This document shows, one piece after another, positions 1-10,535 of a stretch of 33,868 bases of DNA (position 1 is its first letter; every line of letters begins with the position of its first letter). Location: contig JBDTUR010000003.1 in NCBI GenBank assembly GCA_040007635.1, forward strand, positions 1 through 33,868, written 5' to 3'. The translations under genes were made by a program, and so were the position numbers. Under the pieces are notes generated by a model, which was not told the DNA's origin, did not search any database, and saw nothing but the letters and a program-made list of their open reading frames with translations. This DNA comes from Chloroflexota bacterium. Its GTDB lineage: Bacteria; Chloroflexota; Limnocylindria; Limnocylindrales; CSP1-4.

Positions 1-3000
1 ACTCGTCGATGAAGCAGTCATTCCTGGGAGTCCCGATTCCGGCGGGTGATCGGGTACTGGGCGTTCTGTCGGCGGTCCAGGAACCTCCCGATGCCTTCAG
101 CGAATCACAGGAGAGGCTCCTCTCAACACTGGCTTCAGCCATGGGCGTTGCGCTCGAGAACGCCCGGCTCTTCGACGAGACGAAGCGTCTGCTCGCGGAG
201 ACCGAGCAGCGCAACGCCGAGCTCGCGGTCATCAATGAGATCGGCGCGGCACTGGGCAAGCAGCTCGACTTCCAAGGGATCATCGAGGCGGTGGGCGATC
301 GACTCGTCTCGATCTTCAATACTAAGGACTTCTACATCGGTCTCTACGACCGTCCTTCAAACGTCATCAGCTTCCCATACGAGATAGACCGGGGAAACCG
401 GATTCACGGCGAGCCTATTGAGTTCGGCGCGGGTCTCACGTCGGTCGTCATCCGCGAGCGCCGCGCCATCCGTTTCGGGCGGAGTGATGAGCAGACGAAA
501 GCCGGCGGCTTCATCGGCAAGTACGCCGAGGGCGAGTCGGGAACGATGAACGAGTCGTGGCTCGGTGTTCCCATCCTTGCGGGGAACGAAGCGATTGGCG
601 TGGTCGTGTTGGGCGATCCGGTCGTAGACAAGTACGGCGACGCCGAGGAGCGTCTCGTCACGACCATCGCAGCCGGACTCGGCGTAGCCCTCGAGAACGC
701 GCGATTGTTCGACGAAACCAAGCGTCTGCTCGCGGAAACGGAGCAGCGCCACGCCGAGCTCGCGGTCATCAATGAGATCGGGGCAGCGCTCGCCAAGCAG
801 CTCGACTTTCAGGGCATCATCGACGCCGTAGGCGACCGGATCCGCGCCATCTTTGGTGTCCCCTCGGGGCTCATCGCCCTCTACGACGAACCGACCAACA
901 ACATTGCCATCCCGTACCTGATCGATCAGGGCGAACGCTTCGAGGTCCCCGATAGGCCGCTGAGGGGCCTGATGGCGACAGTCATCGGATCGCGCAAATC
1001 GCTCCGGTTGAACACCGCGGACGAGGCCAAAGCGCTGGGGGCCGAACTCGTTGGCACAGACGATTCGGGCGAGTCGTGGCTGGGGGTTCCAATCCTCGCG
1101 GGTGACCGCGTGCTGGGCGCCATCAGTCTGGAGCGGAGCCCGGCATTCGCGTTCAGCGAGTCAGATGAACGCCTCCTTTCGACGATCGCCTCGAACCTGG
1201 GCGTTGCGCTCGAGAACGCGCGGCTCTTCGACGAGACCAAGCGGCTGCTGACTGAGACTGACGAGCGTGCCGCCCAGCTAGCCATCATCAACGCCGTTCA
1301 ACAGGGCCTGGCCGAGAAGCTCGACATGCAGGCGATGTACGACCTGGTGGGCGAGAAGATCCGCCAGATCTTCGATTCGCAGGTGGTCGCCATCGCGAAC
1401 TTCGATGTCGTCGCTGACACGTCGGACTATGTCTATGTGTACGAGATGGGCCAGCGGGTGCAGGCCGGTGTCGGCCCGCTGGGCAGGTTTGGTCGCGAGG
1501 TAGTCGCGACTCGCCGGCCGCTGTTGGTCAACGACGTGCCCGCACGCCAGGCGGAGTTGGAGATCGCCGCCGACATCGTGCCTGATACCCAACCATCGCT
1601 GGCGGTTCTCTTCGTGCCCCTGATGCGCGGCCAGGAGGTGTTCGGCGCGATCTCGCTGCAACAGATCGATCGCACCAACGCATTCAGTGACGCCGACGTT
1701 CGCCTGCTGACCACGCTCGCCTCGAGCCTCAGCGTCGCGCTCGAGAACGCGCGGCTGTTCGACGAGACCAAGCGGCTGCTGACTGAAACCGACGAGCGCG
1801 CCGCGGAGCTGGCGATCATCAACTCCGTCCAGCAGGGCCTCGCGGCAAAACTCGACATGCAGTCGATGTACGACCTCGTAGGCGACAAGATTCAGGAGAT
1901 CTTCGACGCGCAGATCGCCGATATCGGGCTCTACAACGCCGTCGACGAGTTGATGCACTTCCCGTACTCGATCGAGCGCGGCGTGCGGTTCCCCGATGAG
2001 CCCCATCGCTTAGGCGGCTTCAGCGAGGTCGTCTTTGCGACACGCACCTCGCTCATGGTCAAGGACGTGAACGCCTGGCACGCCGAACGCGGCCTCGAGT
2101 TGCCTGCGCCCGTGCAGGGCGAACCCGCACAGTCGGTGTTGTTCGTGCCGTTAATCGCTGGCGATCAAGTCATAGGTCGGATATCGCTCCAGAACATTGA
2201 CCGCGTCAACGCCTTCACGGACGCCAACGAGCGGCTCTTGACCACCATTGCGGGCAGCCTCAGCGTCGCGCTCGAGAACGCACGGCTCTTCGATGAGACG
2301 CAGCGCCTTTTGACGGAGACGAATGAGCGGGCGGCCGAGCTGGCCATCATCAACAGCGTCCAGGAAAGCCTCGCGGCCAAGCTCGACATGCAGGCCATGT
2401 ACGACCTGGTGGGCGACAAGATTCGCGAAATCTTCGACGCGCAGGTCCTCGACATTGGCATCTACGACTTCGAAAACCAGTTGACCCGCTACCCCTACAC
2501 CATCGAAAAGGGCGAGAAGCTGCCCGACGACCCCACCCCATTTGGCACCAACGCGCGCTGGTTCATCGAGCATCAGAAGGCGAACCCGGCACCGGTTGTC
2601 ATCAACAACGTCGAGGAATGGGTCGCCCAAACCGGGCTGCAGTTCTCGATCGTGGGCGAGCCCTCGAAGTCGATCGTCTTCGCGCCGCTGATTACCGGCG
2701 GCAAGCTCTTCGGTCGCATTTCGATTCAGAACCTCGACCGCTACGACGCGTTCAGCGATTCGGACGTCCGGCTGCTCACGACACTCGCCGGCAGCCTGAG
2801 CGTCGCCCTCGAAAACGCGCGGCTGTTCGATGAGACGCAGCGCCTGCTGACGGAGACCAACGAGCGCGCCGCCGAATTGGCGATCATCAACAGCGTCCAA
2901 GAGGGGCTGGCCGAGCACCTCGACATGCAATCGATGTATGACCTCGTCGGCGACAAGATCCAGGAGATCTTCGATGCCGACTCGGTCGACATTGGCCTCT

Positions 3001-6000
3001 ATGACTTCGAGCACCAGGTCATCAACTATCCCTACACGGTCGAGCGCGGCGAGCGGCTGCCGGGGGCGTCGTTCCCATTCGGCCCGTTGACGCGCCGGGT
3101 CATTGACGAGGCCAAGCTTGTGGTCGTTGACGACGTCGACGCTTGGATAGCGGAAACCGGCGCGGAGCTCTCTGTCGAGGGCGAAACGCCCAAGTCGCTG
3201 GTGTTTGCTCCGCTGGTGACGGCGGGCAGGCCTTTTGGTCGGATCTCGCTCCAGAACCTGAGTCGGACACACGCGTTCAGCCCAGGCGAGCTGCGCCTGT
3301 TGGCGACACTCGCCAGCAGCCTCAGCGTCGCCCTCGAGAACGCGCGCCTCTTCAGCGAGACGCAGCGGCTGCTGAACGAGACCAACGAGCGCGCCGCCGA
3401 GCTGGCGATCATCAACAGTGTCCAGGAGGGCCTCGCGGCCAACCTCGACATGCAGTCGATGTACACCCTTGTCGGCGACAAGATCCAGGAAATCTTCGAC
3501 GCGCAGGTCGTGACCATTGGCATCTACGACTTTGAGGCCGGCTTGACGCGCTATCCCTACTCCATCGAGATGGGCGACAAGTCGCTCGCCGACGATCCCA
3601 CGCCCATAACCGACAACACGCGCCGCATGCTGGCCCTCTACGGCAGCGGCAAGCCGCTCGTGATCGACAACGTCGAGGACTTCACGCGAGAGACGGGCAT
3701 TTCGTTCAGCGTGTCCGGCGAACCTGCGAAGTCGATTGTTTTCTCGCCCATGCTCAGCGGCGGCAAGGTCTTTGGGCGAATTTCCCTCCAGAACCTGGAC
3801 CGTTATGCGGCGTTCAGCGAGTCGGACGTGCGCCTGTTGACCACGTTGGCGGCGAGCCTGAGCGTAGCGCTCGACAACGCGCGCCTCGTCGCTGAGACGC
3901 GCCAGCGCGCCGCCGAGCTGTCGACCATCAATGAGATCGGCCAAGCCACTGCCGCACAACTCGACCTCGAGAAGCTGATCGAGCTGGCCGGTGACCAGAT
4001 GGCCCAGAACTTCAAGGCGGACGTCGCGTACGTGGCGCTGTTGGATCCCAACACGAATCTGATCGAGTTTCCGTACCACATCGAGAACGGGGTCAAGGAG
4101 CCGCAGGAGTCGCTGCCTCTGGGCGAGGGACTGACTTCGAAGATGATCCTTTCGCGTCAGCCACTGCTGATGAACAAAGAAGGCCAGTTCGACGAGCTCA
4201 ACGCGACCGGGGTCGGCAAGAACGAAATCCGCTCGTACCTGGGCGTTCCAATCGTGGCTGGCGAGAACGCCATTGGTGCGTTGAGCGTCCAGAGCCAGAC
4301 CGAGACTGGCCGGTTTGGTGAAGCCGACGTTCGGCTCCTCACGACACTGGCCGCAAACATCGGCAGCGCAATCCAGAACGCGCTGCTGTATGGCGAGTCG
4401 CAGCGGCGCGCGACGGAGATGTCAACGCTTGCCGAAGTCGGCCGCGAGATCTCCGCGACACTCGACTTGAACGCCGTGCTCCAGCGCATCGTTGAACGCG
4501 CCCAGGACCTGCTGGACGGCACATCGGCCGCGGTCTTCCTGCCTCAGCCAAACGGTCGGACCTTCCGCGCGACTGCCGCGGTGGGCAAGATCGCCGACCA
4601 GATCAAGGCGATGACCATCATCCACGGCCAGGGCATCATCGGCTCGCTCGCGGCCGAGGCCCGGCCCGAGCTGATTAACGACGTAACCAGCGACGCGCGT
4701 GCCATTCAGATAGATGGCACGCCGCGCAACGAGACGGAGCGGCTGATGGTGGCGCCGCTCATAGGCCGCTCCGGCGTGAACGGCATGATGGCCGTCTGGC
4801 GGACCGGGCCGTATCGAGCCTTCACGCCGCAAGATCTCGACTTCCTGATGGGCCTGTCGCAAAACGCCGCGATCGCCATCGACAACGCGCGCCTCTTCGG
4901 CGACCTGCGCGAAGCACGAGTCGTGGCCGACTCCGCCAACCAGGCCAAGAGCGCCTTCCTCGCAGCCATGAGCCATGAGATCCGGACACCGATGAACGCC
5001 ATCATTGGCATGAGTGGCCTGCTCGCCGACACCGAGCTCAATGCCGAGCAGCGCGACTATGCGGACACCATCAAGTCCTCGGGCGACGCGCTCCTCACGA
5101 TCATCAACGACATCCTCGACTTCTCCAAGATCGAGGCGGGCAAGGTTGACCTTGACGCCGAGCCCTTCAGCCCGGCCGAGTGCATCGAGGGTGCGCTGGA
5201 CGTGATCGCCCCTACCGCAGCCGCCAAGGGCGTTGAGCTGGCGTACGAGGTCGAGGGTGATCTCCCGGCCGCGGTAGTCGGTGACATGGGTCGTCTCCGG
5301 CAGATCCTGCTCAACCTGCTGTCGAACGCGATCAAGTTCACCGAAAAGGGCGAGGTGCTGGTATCGGTCAGCAGCCAGCAGGGCGATCGCAGCGAGGTCG
5401 AGCTGGACGTCGCGGTGAAAGACAGCGGCATCGGCATCTCGAAGGACCAGATGGGCCGCCTCTTCCAGTCGTTCAGCCAGGCCGATTCGTCTATTGCTCG
5501 GCGTTACGGCGGCACCGGCCTGGGGCTCGCCATCAGTCGGCGCCTAGCTGAGGCGATGAACGGTTCGCTGACTGCCCAGAGCACGGGCAGCGCAGGACAA
5601 GGTTCGACCTTCCGACTGACCGTCAAGCTGCCCAATGCGCTGGCCTCGGCCCTGCCAGCTGTGCCGCTGCCCAGGTCGGTCGAGCTCGCCGGCAAGCGGG
5701 CGCTGATCGTGGATGACAACGCGACGAATCGGCGCATCCTGCGCGCACAGCTCGCCCGCTGGGACGTGGGTGTACGCGACACGGAGTCGCCCGAAGAGGC
5801 GCTCCGCTGGATCCGCGACGGTGAGACATTCGACGTGTGCATGCTCGACTTGTTCATGCCCGGCATGGACGGTCTCGCGCTGGCAGAGAAGATTCGCGCG
5901 GCGCTGCCGGTGAGTACGCCCAAACTGGTGCTCGTCTCATCCGCGGCAATGCGCGAGCACGGCGCCACGATGGACGCGCTGCTACCCAAGCCAGTCAAAC

Positions 6001-6506
6001 CGTCGGCCCTGCACGACGCGCTGGTGACCGTCTTCTCCAGCGGTGAGGGCCGCGTCCAGTTGCAGCGGCCGCCTGACGCCGCCTCCGATCGCGAGCTGGC
6101 CACGCGCCACCCGCTGCACATCCTGTTGGCTGAGGACAACGCAGTCAATCAGAAGCTCGCGCTGCGTCTGCTGGCGAACATGGGCTACGTCGCCGATGTT
6201 GCCAACGACGGCGCCCAGGCCATCGCCGCCGTGGAGGCGACCGACTACAACGTCGTGCTGATGGACGTCCAGATGCCCGAGCTCGACGGACTGACGGCAA
6301 CGCGGCGCATCCGCAGCCAGTGGCCGGATCGGCCGTTGCACATCGTGGCGATGACTGCCAACGCGATGTCCGGCGATCGCGAGGCGTGTCTGGCGGCTGG
6401 TATGAACGATTACGTCAGCAAGCCCATCAAGCCAGCCGAACTGGCTGCGGCGCTCAGGCGCGCCCCGTCGAGCGGGGCCGAATCAAACCCGGAGGGAGCG
6501 GCATGA
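1..6506 (+). CDS. Multi-GAF hybrid sensor histidine kinase (>=10 GAF, HisKA, HATPase, 2 REC); 5'-partial
   Basis: The frame is open from the window edge and begins mid-GAF. Ten 'ALENARLF'-type GAF ends. H-box [15 protein letters not shown]-box [15 protein letters not shown] boxes DSGIG and GTGLGLAI. Receiver motifs LIVDD..LDLFMP..KP and LAED..MDVQMP..KP. Confidence 0.95.
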   Translation, partial: SSMKQSFLGVPIPAGDRVLGVLSAVQEPPDAFSESQERLLSTLASAMGVALENARLFDETKRLLAETEQRNAELAVINEIGAALGKQLDFQGIIEAVGDRLVSIFNTKDFYIGLYDRPSNVISFPYEIDRGNRIHGEPIEFGAGLTSVVIRERRAIRFGRSDEQTKAGGFIGKYAEGESGTMNESWLGVPILAGNEAIGVVVLGDPVVDKYGDAEERLVTTIAAGLGVALENARLFDETKRLLAETEQRHAELAVINEIGAALAKQLDFQGIIDAVGDRIRAIFGVPSGLIALYDEPTNNIAIPYLIDQGERFEVPDRPLRGLMATVIGSRKSLRLNTADEAKALGAELVGTDDSGESWLGVPILAGDRVLGAISLERSPAFAFSESDERLLSTIASNLGVALENARLFDETKRLLTETDERAAQLAIINAVQQGLAEKLDMQAMYDLVGEKIRQIFDSQVVAIANFDVVADTSDYVYVYEMGQRVQAGVGPLGRFGREVVATRRPLLVNDVPARQAELEIAADIVPDTQPSLAVLFVPLMRGQEVFGAISLQQIDRTNAFSDADVRLLTTLASSLSVALENARLFDETKRLLTETDERAAELAIINSVQQGLAAKLDMQSMYDLVGDKIQEIFDAQIADIGLYNAVDELMHFPYSIERGVRFPDEPHRLGGFSEVVFATRTSLMVKDVNAWHAERGLELPAPVQGEPAQSVLFVPLIAGDQVIGRISLQNIDRVNAFTDANERLLTTIAGSLSVALENARLFDETQRLLTETNERAAELAIINSVQESLAAKLDMQAMYDLVGDKIREIFDAQVLDIGIYDFENQLTRYPYTIEKGEKLPDDPTPFGTNARWFIEHQKANPAPVVINNVEEWVAQTGLQFSIVGEPSKSIVFAPLITGGKLFGRISIQNLDRYDAFSDSDVRLLTTLAGSLSVALENARLFDETQRLLTETNERAAELAIINSVQEGLAEHLDMQSMYDLVGDKIQEIFDADSVDIGLYDFEHQVINYPYTVERGERLPGASFPFGPLTRRVIDEAKLVVVDDVDAWIAETGAELSVEGETPKSLVFAPLVTAGRPFGRISLQNLSRTHAFSPGELRLLATLASSLSVALENARLFSETQRLLNETNERAAELAIINSVQEGLAANLDMQSMYTLVGDKIQEIFDAQVVTIGIYDFEAGLTRYPYSIEMGDKSLADDPTPITDNTRRMLALYGSGKPLVIDNVEDFTRETGISFSVSGEPAKSIVFSPMLSGGKVFGRISLQNLDRYAAFSESDVRLLTTLAASLSVALDNARLVAETRQRAAELSTINEIGQATAAQLDLEKLIELAGDQMAQNFKADVAYVALLDPNTNLIEFPYHIENGVKEPQESLPLGEGLTSKMILSRQPLLMNKEGQFDELNATGVGKNEIRSYLGVPIVAGENAIGALSVQSQTETGRFGEADVRLLTTLAANIGSAIQNALLYGESQRRATEMSTLAEVGREISATLDLNAVLQRIVERAQDLLDGTSAAVFLPQPNGRTFRATAAVGKIADQIKAMTIIHGQGIIGSLAAEARPELINDVTSDARAIQIDGTPRNETERLMVAPLIGRSGVNGMMAVWRTGPYRAFTPQDLDFLMGLSQNAAIAIDNARLFGDLREARVVADSANQAKSAFLAAMSHEIRTPMNAIIGMSGLLADTELNAEQRDYADTIKSSGDALLTIINDILDFSKIEAGKVDLDAEPFSPAECIEGALDVIAPTAAAKGVELAYEVEGDLPAAVVGDMGRLRQILLNLLSNAIKFTEKGEVLVSVSSQQGDRSEVELDVAVKDSGIGISKDQMGRLFQSFSQADSSIARRYGGTGLGLAISRRLAEAMNGSLTAQSTGSAGQGSTFRLTVKLPNALASALPAVPLPRSVELAGKRALIVDDNATNRRILRAQLARWDVGVRDTESPEEALRWIRDGETFDVCMLDLFMPGMDGLALAEKIRAALPVSTPKLVLVSSAAMREHGATMDALLPKPVKPSALHDALVTVFSSGEGRVQLQRPPDAASDRELATRHPLHILLAEDNAVNQKLALRLLANMGYVADVANDGAQAIAAVEATDYNVVLMDVQMPELDGLTATRRIRSQWPDRPLHIVAMTANAMSGDREACLAAGMNDYVSKPIKPAELAAALRRAPSSGAESNPEGAA
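153..4900 (+). repeat. Intragenic tandem GAF repeat array, period about 500-540 nt
   Basis: The ctcga(g/a/c)aacgc anchor recurs at 153, 690, 1209, 1740, 2271, 2808, 3333 and 3870, with diverged copies near 4371 and 4878. Confidence 0.9.
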
Positions 6507-6865
6507 CCGACGATCTCGCGGTACTCGACAACAGCATCCTCGACGAGCTGCGGGCGTCCGTCGGCGGCGACGAAGAGTTCGTGCGCGACCTCGTCCAGAC
6601 GTATCTCGATGAAGGGCCGCAGCACATGGAACAGATCGCAGCCGCCGCCGGCAGCGCGAACGCTGAGGCGATCGTCCGTCCCGCCCATACCTTGAAGTCG
6701 AGCAGCGCCGCCTTGGGCGCCGCGCGCATGTCAGCGATCAGCAAGGAGATCGAGTTTGCCGGGCGCGAGGGTCGCGTCATCGATCTGACGGCTCTGGCCG
6801 ATAGGGCGCAGCAGGCCTGGACAGACACGGTCGCCGCGCTCAAGGAAGCCGGCCTGGCGTCGTGA
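6503..6865 (+). CDS. Hpt (histidine phosphotransfer) protein
   Basis: AHTLKSSSA Hpt motif. The ATG at 6503 overlaps the kinase stop (ATGA) and follows GGAGGGAG. Confidence 0.9.
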   Translation: MTDDLAVLDNSILDELRASVGGDEEFVRDLVQTYLDEGPQHMEQIAAAAGSANAEAIVRPAHTLKSSSAALGAARMSAISKEIEFAGREGRVIDLTALADRAQQAWTDTVAALKEAGLAS

Positions 6866-7968
6866 GCGGGGTCGCGCTGGTCGTCGACGACAGCGCTGTC
6901 AACCGGATGCTCCTGTCGCGTCACCTCGCGTCGATCGGCATCTCGTCGCGCGAGGCAGACGATGGCGCCGCGGCGCTGAGCGCCCTGCGTGAGGGCGCCG
7001 GCGATGTTGCCGTGGTCCTGCTCGACGTGATGATGCCCGGCCTCGACGGCTACGAGACGCTTGCCGCGATCAAGAGCGACGACGCGTTGCGCCACGTGCC
7101 GGTGATCATGGTCAGCGGCGTCGACGAGCTCGACAGCGTCGCGCGCTGCATCGAATTGGGCGCTGCCGATTACCTGCCCAAGCCGTTCAACCCGGTGATC
7201 CTCGCGGCACGGGTGCGCGCCTCGCTCGCCGACAAGAGGTTGCGCGACGTCGAGCTGGAGAACGCAGCGGCACAGGCCGCGCTGCTTGAGACCATTGAGC
7301 GTCAAAAAGATGAGCTCAGCCGCTTCCTGTCGCCCCAGGTGGCGGCGCTGGTCTCGAGCCCGGAAGGGCAGCAGATGCTCGTAGGCCATCGGCGCGAGGC
7401 GACCGCCGTGTTCTGCGACCTGCGCGGCTTCACCGCGTTCTCCGATTCGGCCGAGCCGGAGGAGGTGCTGGGGCTGCTGCGCGACTACCACAAGCAGATG
7501 GGCGAATTGATCGTCGAACACGGCGGCACGCTCGAGCACTTCGCCGGCGACGGCATGATGGTGTTCTTCAATGACCCCGTGCTGCAGGCCGATCACGTGG
7601 CCCGCGCCGTTCGCATGGCGGTCGCAATGCGCGACCGATTTGCCATTCTGGCCGCGAAGTGGGCCAAGCTGGGCTTCGAGCTGGGCTTTGGCGTGGGCAT
7701 CGCCAGCGGCTACGCCACCCTGGGCCGGATCGGCTTCGAGGGGCGCTACGACTACGGCATGGTTGGCACGGCCGTGATCGTCGCCGCCCGCTTGTCATCC
7801 AAGGCGGAAGCCGGCCAGATCCTGCTCAACCCGCGCGCGCATGCGGCGGTCGAGGAATTGGTCGTGGCCGAGGACGTGGGCGCGCTGGAGCTGAAGGGCT
7901 TCGCCCGGCCCATCCCCACGGTCAACATCGTGGGCTTGGTCGAGTTGAGCGCCGCCGCGCCGGCCTGA
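6862..7968 (+). CDS. Response regulator receiver fused to a class III adenylate/guanylate cyclase
   Basis: REC motifs LVVDD, LLDVMMP, YLPKP. Cyclase motifs FCDLRGFT, FAGDG, AARL, LKG. GTGA overlap with the Hpt stop. Confidence 0.92.
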   Translation: MSGVALVVDDSAVNRMLLSRHLASIGISSREADDGAAALSALREGAGDVAVVLLDVMMPGLDGYETLAAIKSDDALRHVPVIMVSGVDELDSVARCIELGAADYLPKPFNPVILAARVRASLADKRLRDVELENAAAQAALLETIERQKDELSRFLSPQVAALVSSPEGQQMLVGHRREATAVFCDLRGFTAFSDSAEPEEVLGLLRDYHKQMGELIVEHGGTLEHFAGDGMMVFFNDPVLQADHVARAVRMAVAMRDRFAILAAKWAKLGFELGFGVGIASGYATLGRIGFEGRYDYGMVGTAVIVAARLSSKAEAGQILLNPRAHAAVEELVVAEDVGALELKGFARPIPTVNIVGLVELSAAAPA

Positions 7969-7991
7969 TTACCTCAGCGGAACACTCCCAG

Positions 7992-10535
7992 ATGCGCGAC
8001 CTGCCCAGCGGCACCGTCACCTTCCTGTTCACCGACATCGAAGACTCGACCCAGCTGCTGCGCAGCCTGGGCGGTGAGGGTTACAGCGCAGCGCTGGCGA
8101 CTCACCGACGCGCAGTGCGTGACGCCGTGGCGCGCCACGCTGGCGTGGAGGTCGACACCCAGGGTGATGCCTTCCTGATTGCCTTTCCGGAAGCACGGGG
8201 CGCCCTCGATGCGGCGGTGGACGCGCAGCGAGCCTTGAGCGCCGGGCCGATCCACGTTCGCATGGGCCTGCACACGGGAACGCCGCTGGTGGGCCCGGAG
8301 GGCTACGTCGGAGAGGACGTGCACCTTGGCGCGCGGATCGCGTCGGCAGGCCACGGCGGCCAGATCCTGATGTCGCGACAGACCCGCGAGGGGGCGGCCG
8401 CGAGAGCGGATGTCAAGCTCGTTGACCTGGGCGAACACCGCGTCAAGGGCTTCACTGAGCCGGTCTGGATCTTCCAGGTAGGCGACGCAAAGTTCCCACC
8501 GCTGCGGACGATCTCGAACACCAACCTGCCGCGTCCGGCGTCCAGCTTCGTGGGCCGGCGCGCGGAGGTCGAGCAGCTTACGGCCGCCATCCGCAAGGGC
8601 TCGCGCCTCGTGACGTTGACCGGTCCCGGTGGTACGGGCAAAACACGCTTGGCAATCGAGGCCGCGGCCAGCCTCGTGGCGGATTTCAAGAATGGCGTTT
8701 TCTGGGTGGGCCTCGCCAGCGTGAGCGATCCCGCGGTCGTGATGCAGACCGTTGCTGAGGTGCTCGGGGCCAAGGGTGAGCTCGCGGAACACATAGCCGA
8801 TCGCCAGATGCTGCTCGTGCTCGACAACTTCGAGCAGATCATCGATGCCGCGGCGGAGGTATCGCAATTGCTCTCGCGCTGCCCATCGCTGCATTTGATC
8901 GTTACCAGCCGCGAGCTGCTGCGTGTGGCCGGCGAAGGTGACTATGCGGTGCCGGTGCTGGCCGACGCAGAGGCGATCGATCTCTTCTGCGAGCGATCGA
9001 ATGTCACGCCGGACGCGACGATCGCCGAGCTGTGTAGGCGGCTGGACAACCTGCCGCTGGCCATCGAGCTGGCGGCCGCGCGAACGCGGGTGATGACCGT
9101 AGCCCAGATCCTGGAGCGGCTCGGCCAGCGCCTGGACATGCTCAAGGGTGGCCGCGACGTAGACCCCCGCCAAGAGACGCTACGAGCGACGATCCAGTGG
9201 AGCTACGACTTGCTGGCGCCCGCCGAGCAACAGCTCTTCGCGCGGTTGGCGATCTTCAGTGGGGGCTGCACGTTGGCCACTGCTGAGGGGGTAGTCGAGG
9301 CCGACATTGACGCGCTGCAATCGCTGCTTGAGAAGAGCCTCGTGCGCCGCGTGGGCGAGCGCTTCCGGATGCTCGAGACGATCCGCGAGTTTGCCGCGGA
9401 GCTACTCATCGGCACGGGCGACAAGGACGTGCTGGCGCGTCGCCACGCCGAGCACTTCCTCGATCTGGCCGGGCGGGCTGAGAAGGAGATCACCGGATCG
9501 GGCCAGAACCGGTGGTGGCAGATCCTCACGGACGAGACAGAGAACATTCGCGCGGCACTCACGTGGGCATGTAGCGGAGCGGATCCGGGGATCGCCCTGC
9601 GCCTGAGCAGCCTGATGTGGCGCTTCTGGTGGCAACGCGGCCACTATGCCGAGGGCCGCCGTTGGTACGAGGCCGCGCTGAAAGTTGGCGTTGATCAGCC
9701 CGACGCGCTACAGGCGACAGCATCGCAAGGTTTGGGCAGCATGCTCATGGGGATGGGCGAACACGCCGCGGCAATCGAGCTCTTCAATGCTTGCCTCAAC
9801 GTCTATCTCCGGGACGGTGACTACGAACGGACGGTGGCGGCCCTGACCGACCTTGGTATCGCTCACTTCGATTGCGGCGATTCCGCGAAGGCGCGCGCCT
9901 ATTTCGAACGAGCCCTGCAGATGAGCCAGGATGCGGACGACGTTCGGCGATCCGCCGTGTGTCTGATCAATCTCGGCGACATCGCGATGCTCGAGGACGA
10001 ACTCGATCGCGCGAGCGACATCCTGGACCAGGCATACCGACTAATCCTTCAGGTAAATGACACCCAGGGCGCAGGCAACGCCCTGGGCAATCGTGCGCAT
10101 GCCGAATTGCGTCGCGGCAACCCCGAAAGAGCTGCCCCGATGCTGGCCGAGGCAATTCGGCTTTCCCGGGAGACCGACGATAGGTACGCGATCCTGCACC
10201 ACCTCGTCGTGGTCGCTGGGCTGCTCAACCAGCGCGGCAACGTGGATGTCGCCGCGACCGTCCTCGGCCGGGTGGAAGCGCTTCAGAGCGAGATGGGCAT
10301 CGCCATCAATCCAACGGAGCTTCGCCTGATGGCCGAGACGATGTCAGACCTGCAAGTCCAACTTGGCGACGATCGCCTCCAACAAACGCTGGGCGCGGGC
10401 CGAGCCCTCGATCACGATGCAGGGTTGGACCTCGTGTTCTCTGCATTGGCGCCGTCATCTTCGTCGGCAGCGGTATCGGCATCGGCATCGAACCCAGGCT
10501 CGGGCGCGGGCTCAAGTAGTGGCGGCGCGGCGTAG
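7992..10535 (+). CDS. Class III cyclase-like domain + STAND (NB-ARC-like) ATPase + TPR repeats
   Basis: LPSGTVTFLFTDIEDST and GDAF cyclase motifs; Walker A GPGGTGKT; Walker B LLVLDNFE; LPLAIELAAAR; C-terminal TPR-like helices. Start moved to the in-frame ATG at 7992, just after the upstream stop. Confidence 0.9.
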   Translation: MRDLPSGTVTFLFTDIEDSTQLLRSLGGEGYSAALATHRRAVRDAVARHAGVEVDTQGDAFLIAFPEARGALDAAVDAQRALSAGPIHVRMGLHTGTPLVGPEGYVGEDVHLGARIASAGHGGQILMSRQTREGAAARADVKLVDLGEHRVKGFTEPVWIFQVGDAKFPPLRTISNTNLPRPASSFVGRRAEVEQLTAAIRKGSRLVTLTGPGGTGKTRLAIEAAASLVADFKNGVFWVGLASVSDPAVVMQTVAEVLGAKGELAEHIADRQMLLVLDNFEQIIDAAAEVSQLLSRCPSLHLIVTSRELLRVAGEGDYAVPVLADAEAIDLFCERSNVTPDATIAELCRRLDNLPLAIELAAARTRVMTVAQILERLGQRLDMLKGGRDVDPRQETLRATIQWSYDLLAPAEQQLFARLAIFSGGCTLATAEGVVEADIDALQSLLEKSLVRRVGERFRMLETIREFAAELLIGTGDKDVLARRHAEHFLDLAGRAEKEITGSGQNRWWQILTDETENIRAALTWACSGADPGIALRLSSLMWRFWWQRGHYAEGRRWYEAALKVGVDQPDALQATASQGLGSMLMGMGEHAAAIELFNACLNVYLRDGDYERTVAALTDLGIAHFDCGDSAKARAYFERALQMSQDADDVRRSAVCLINLGDIAMLEDELDRASDILDQAYRLILQVNDTQGAGNALGNRAHAELRRGNPERAAPMLAEAIRLSRETDDRYAILHHLVVVAGLLNQRGNVDVAATVLGRVEALQSEMGIAINPTELRLMAETMSDLQVQLGDDRLQQTLGAGRALDHDAGLDLVFSALAPSSSSAAVSASASNPGSGAGSSSGGAA

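Noticed and set aside
2151-4079. 642-aa antisense ORF, and similar ones at 6454-7596, 12566-13627, 14633-15580, 17008-18519 and 22125-23135
   Set aside because: Shadow ORFs opposite well-supported genes; expected from high-GC codon bias; no motifs.
1-4900. GAF array as a cyanobacteriochrome or phytochrome photosensor
   Set aside because: No bilin-attachment Cys, CH or DIP motifs seen in the repeats.
7659-7991. Long N-terminal extensions in the ORF track (also 6320, 12487, 13642, 23334, 29492, 30832, 32048)
   Set aside because: They overlap neighbouring real genes. Domain boundaries, start/stop coupling and -10 spacing support the later starts, and SRAP needs Cys at position 2.
6862-10535. 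Pycsar or CBASS anti-phage system
   Set aside because: The cyclases are fused to REC and STAND domains in a phosphorelay context; no adjacent cNMP-binding TM or TIR effector and no CD-NTase.
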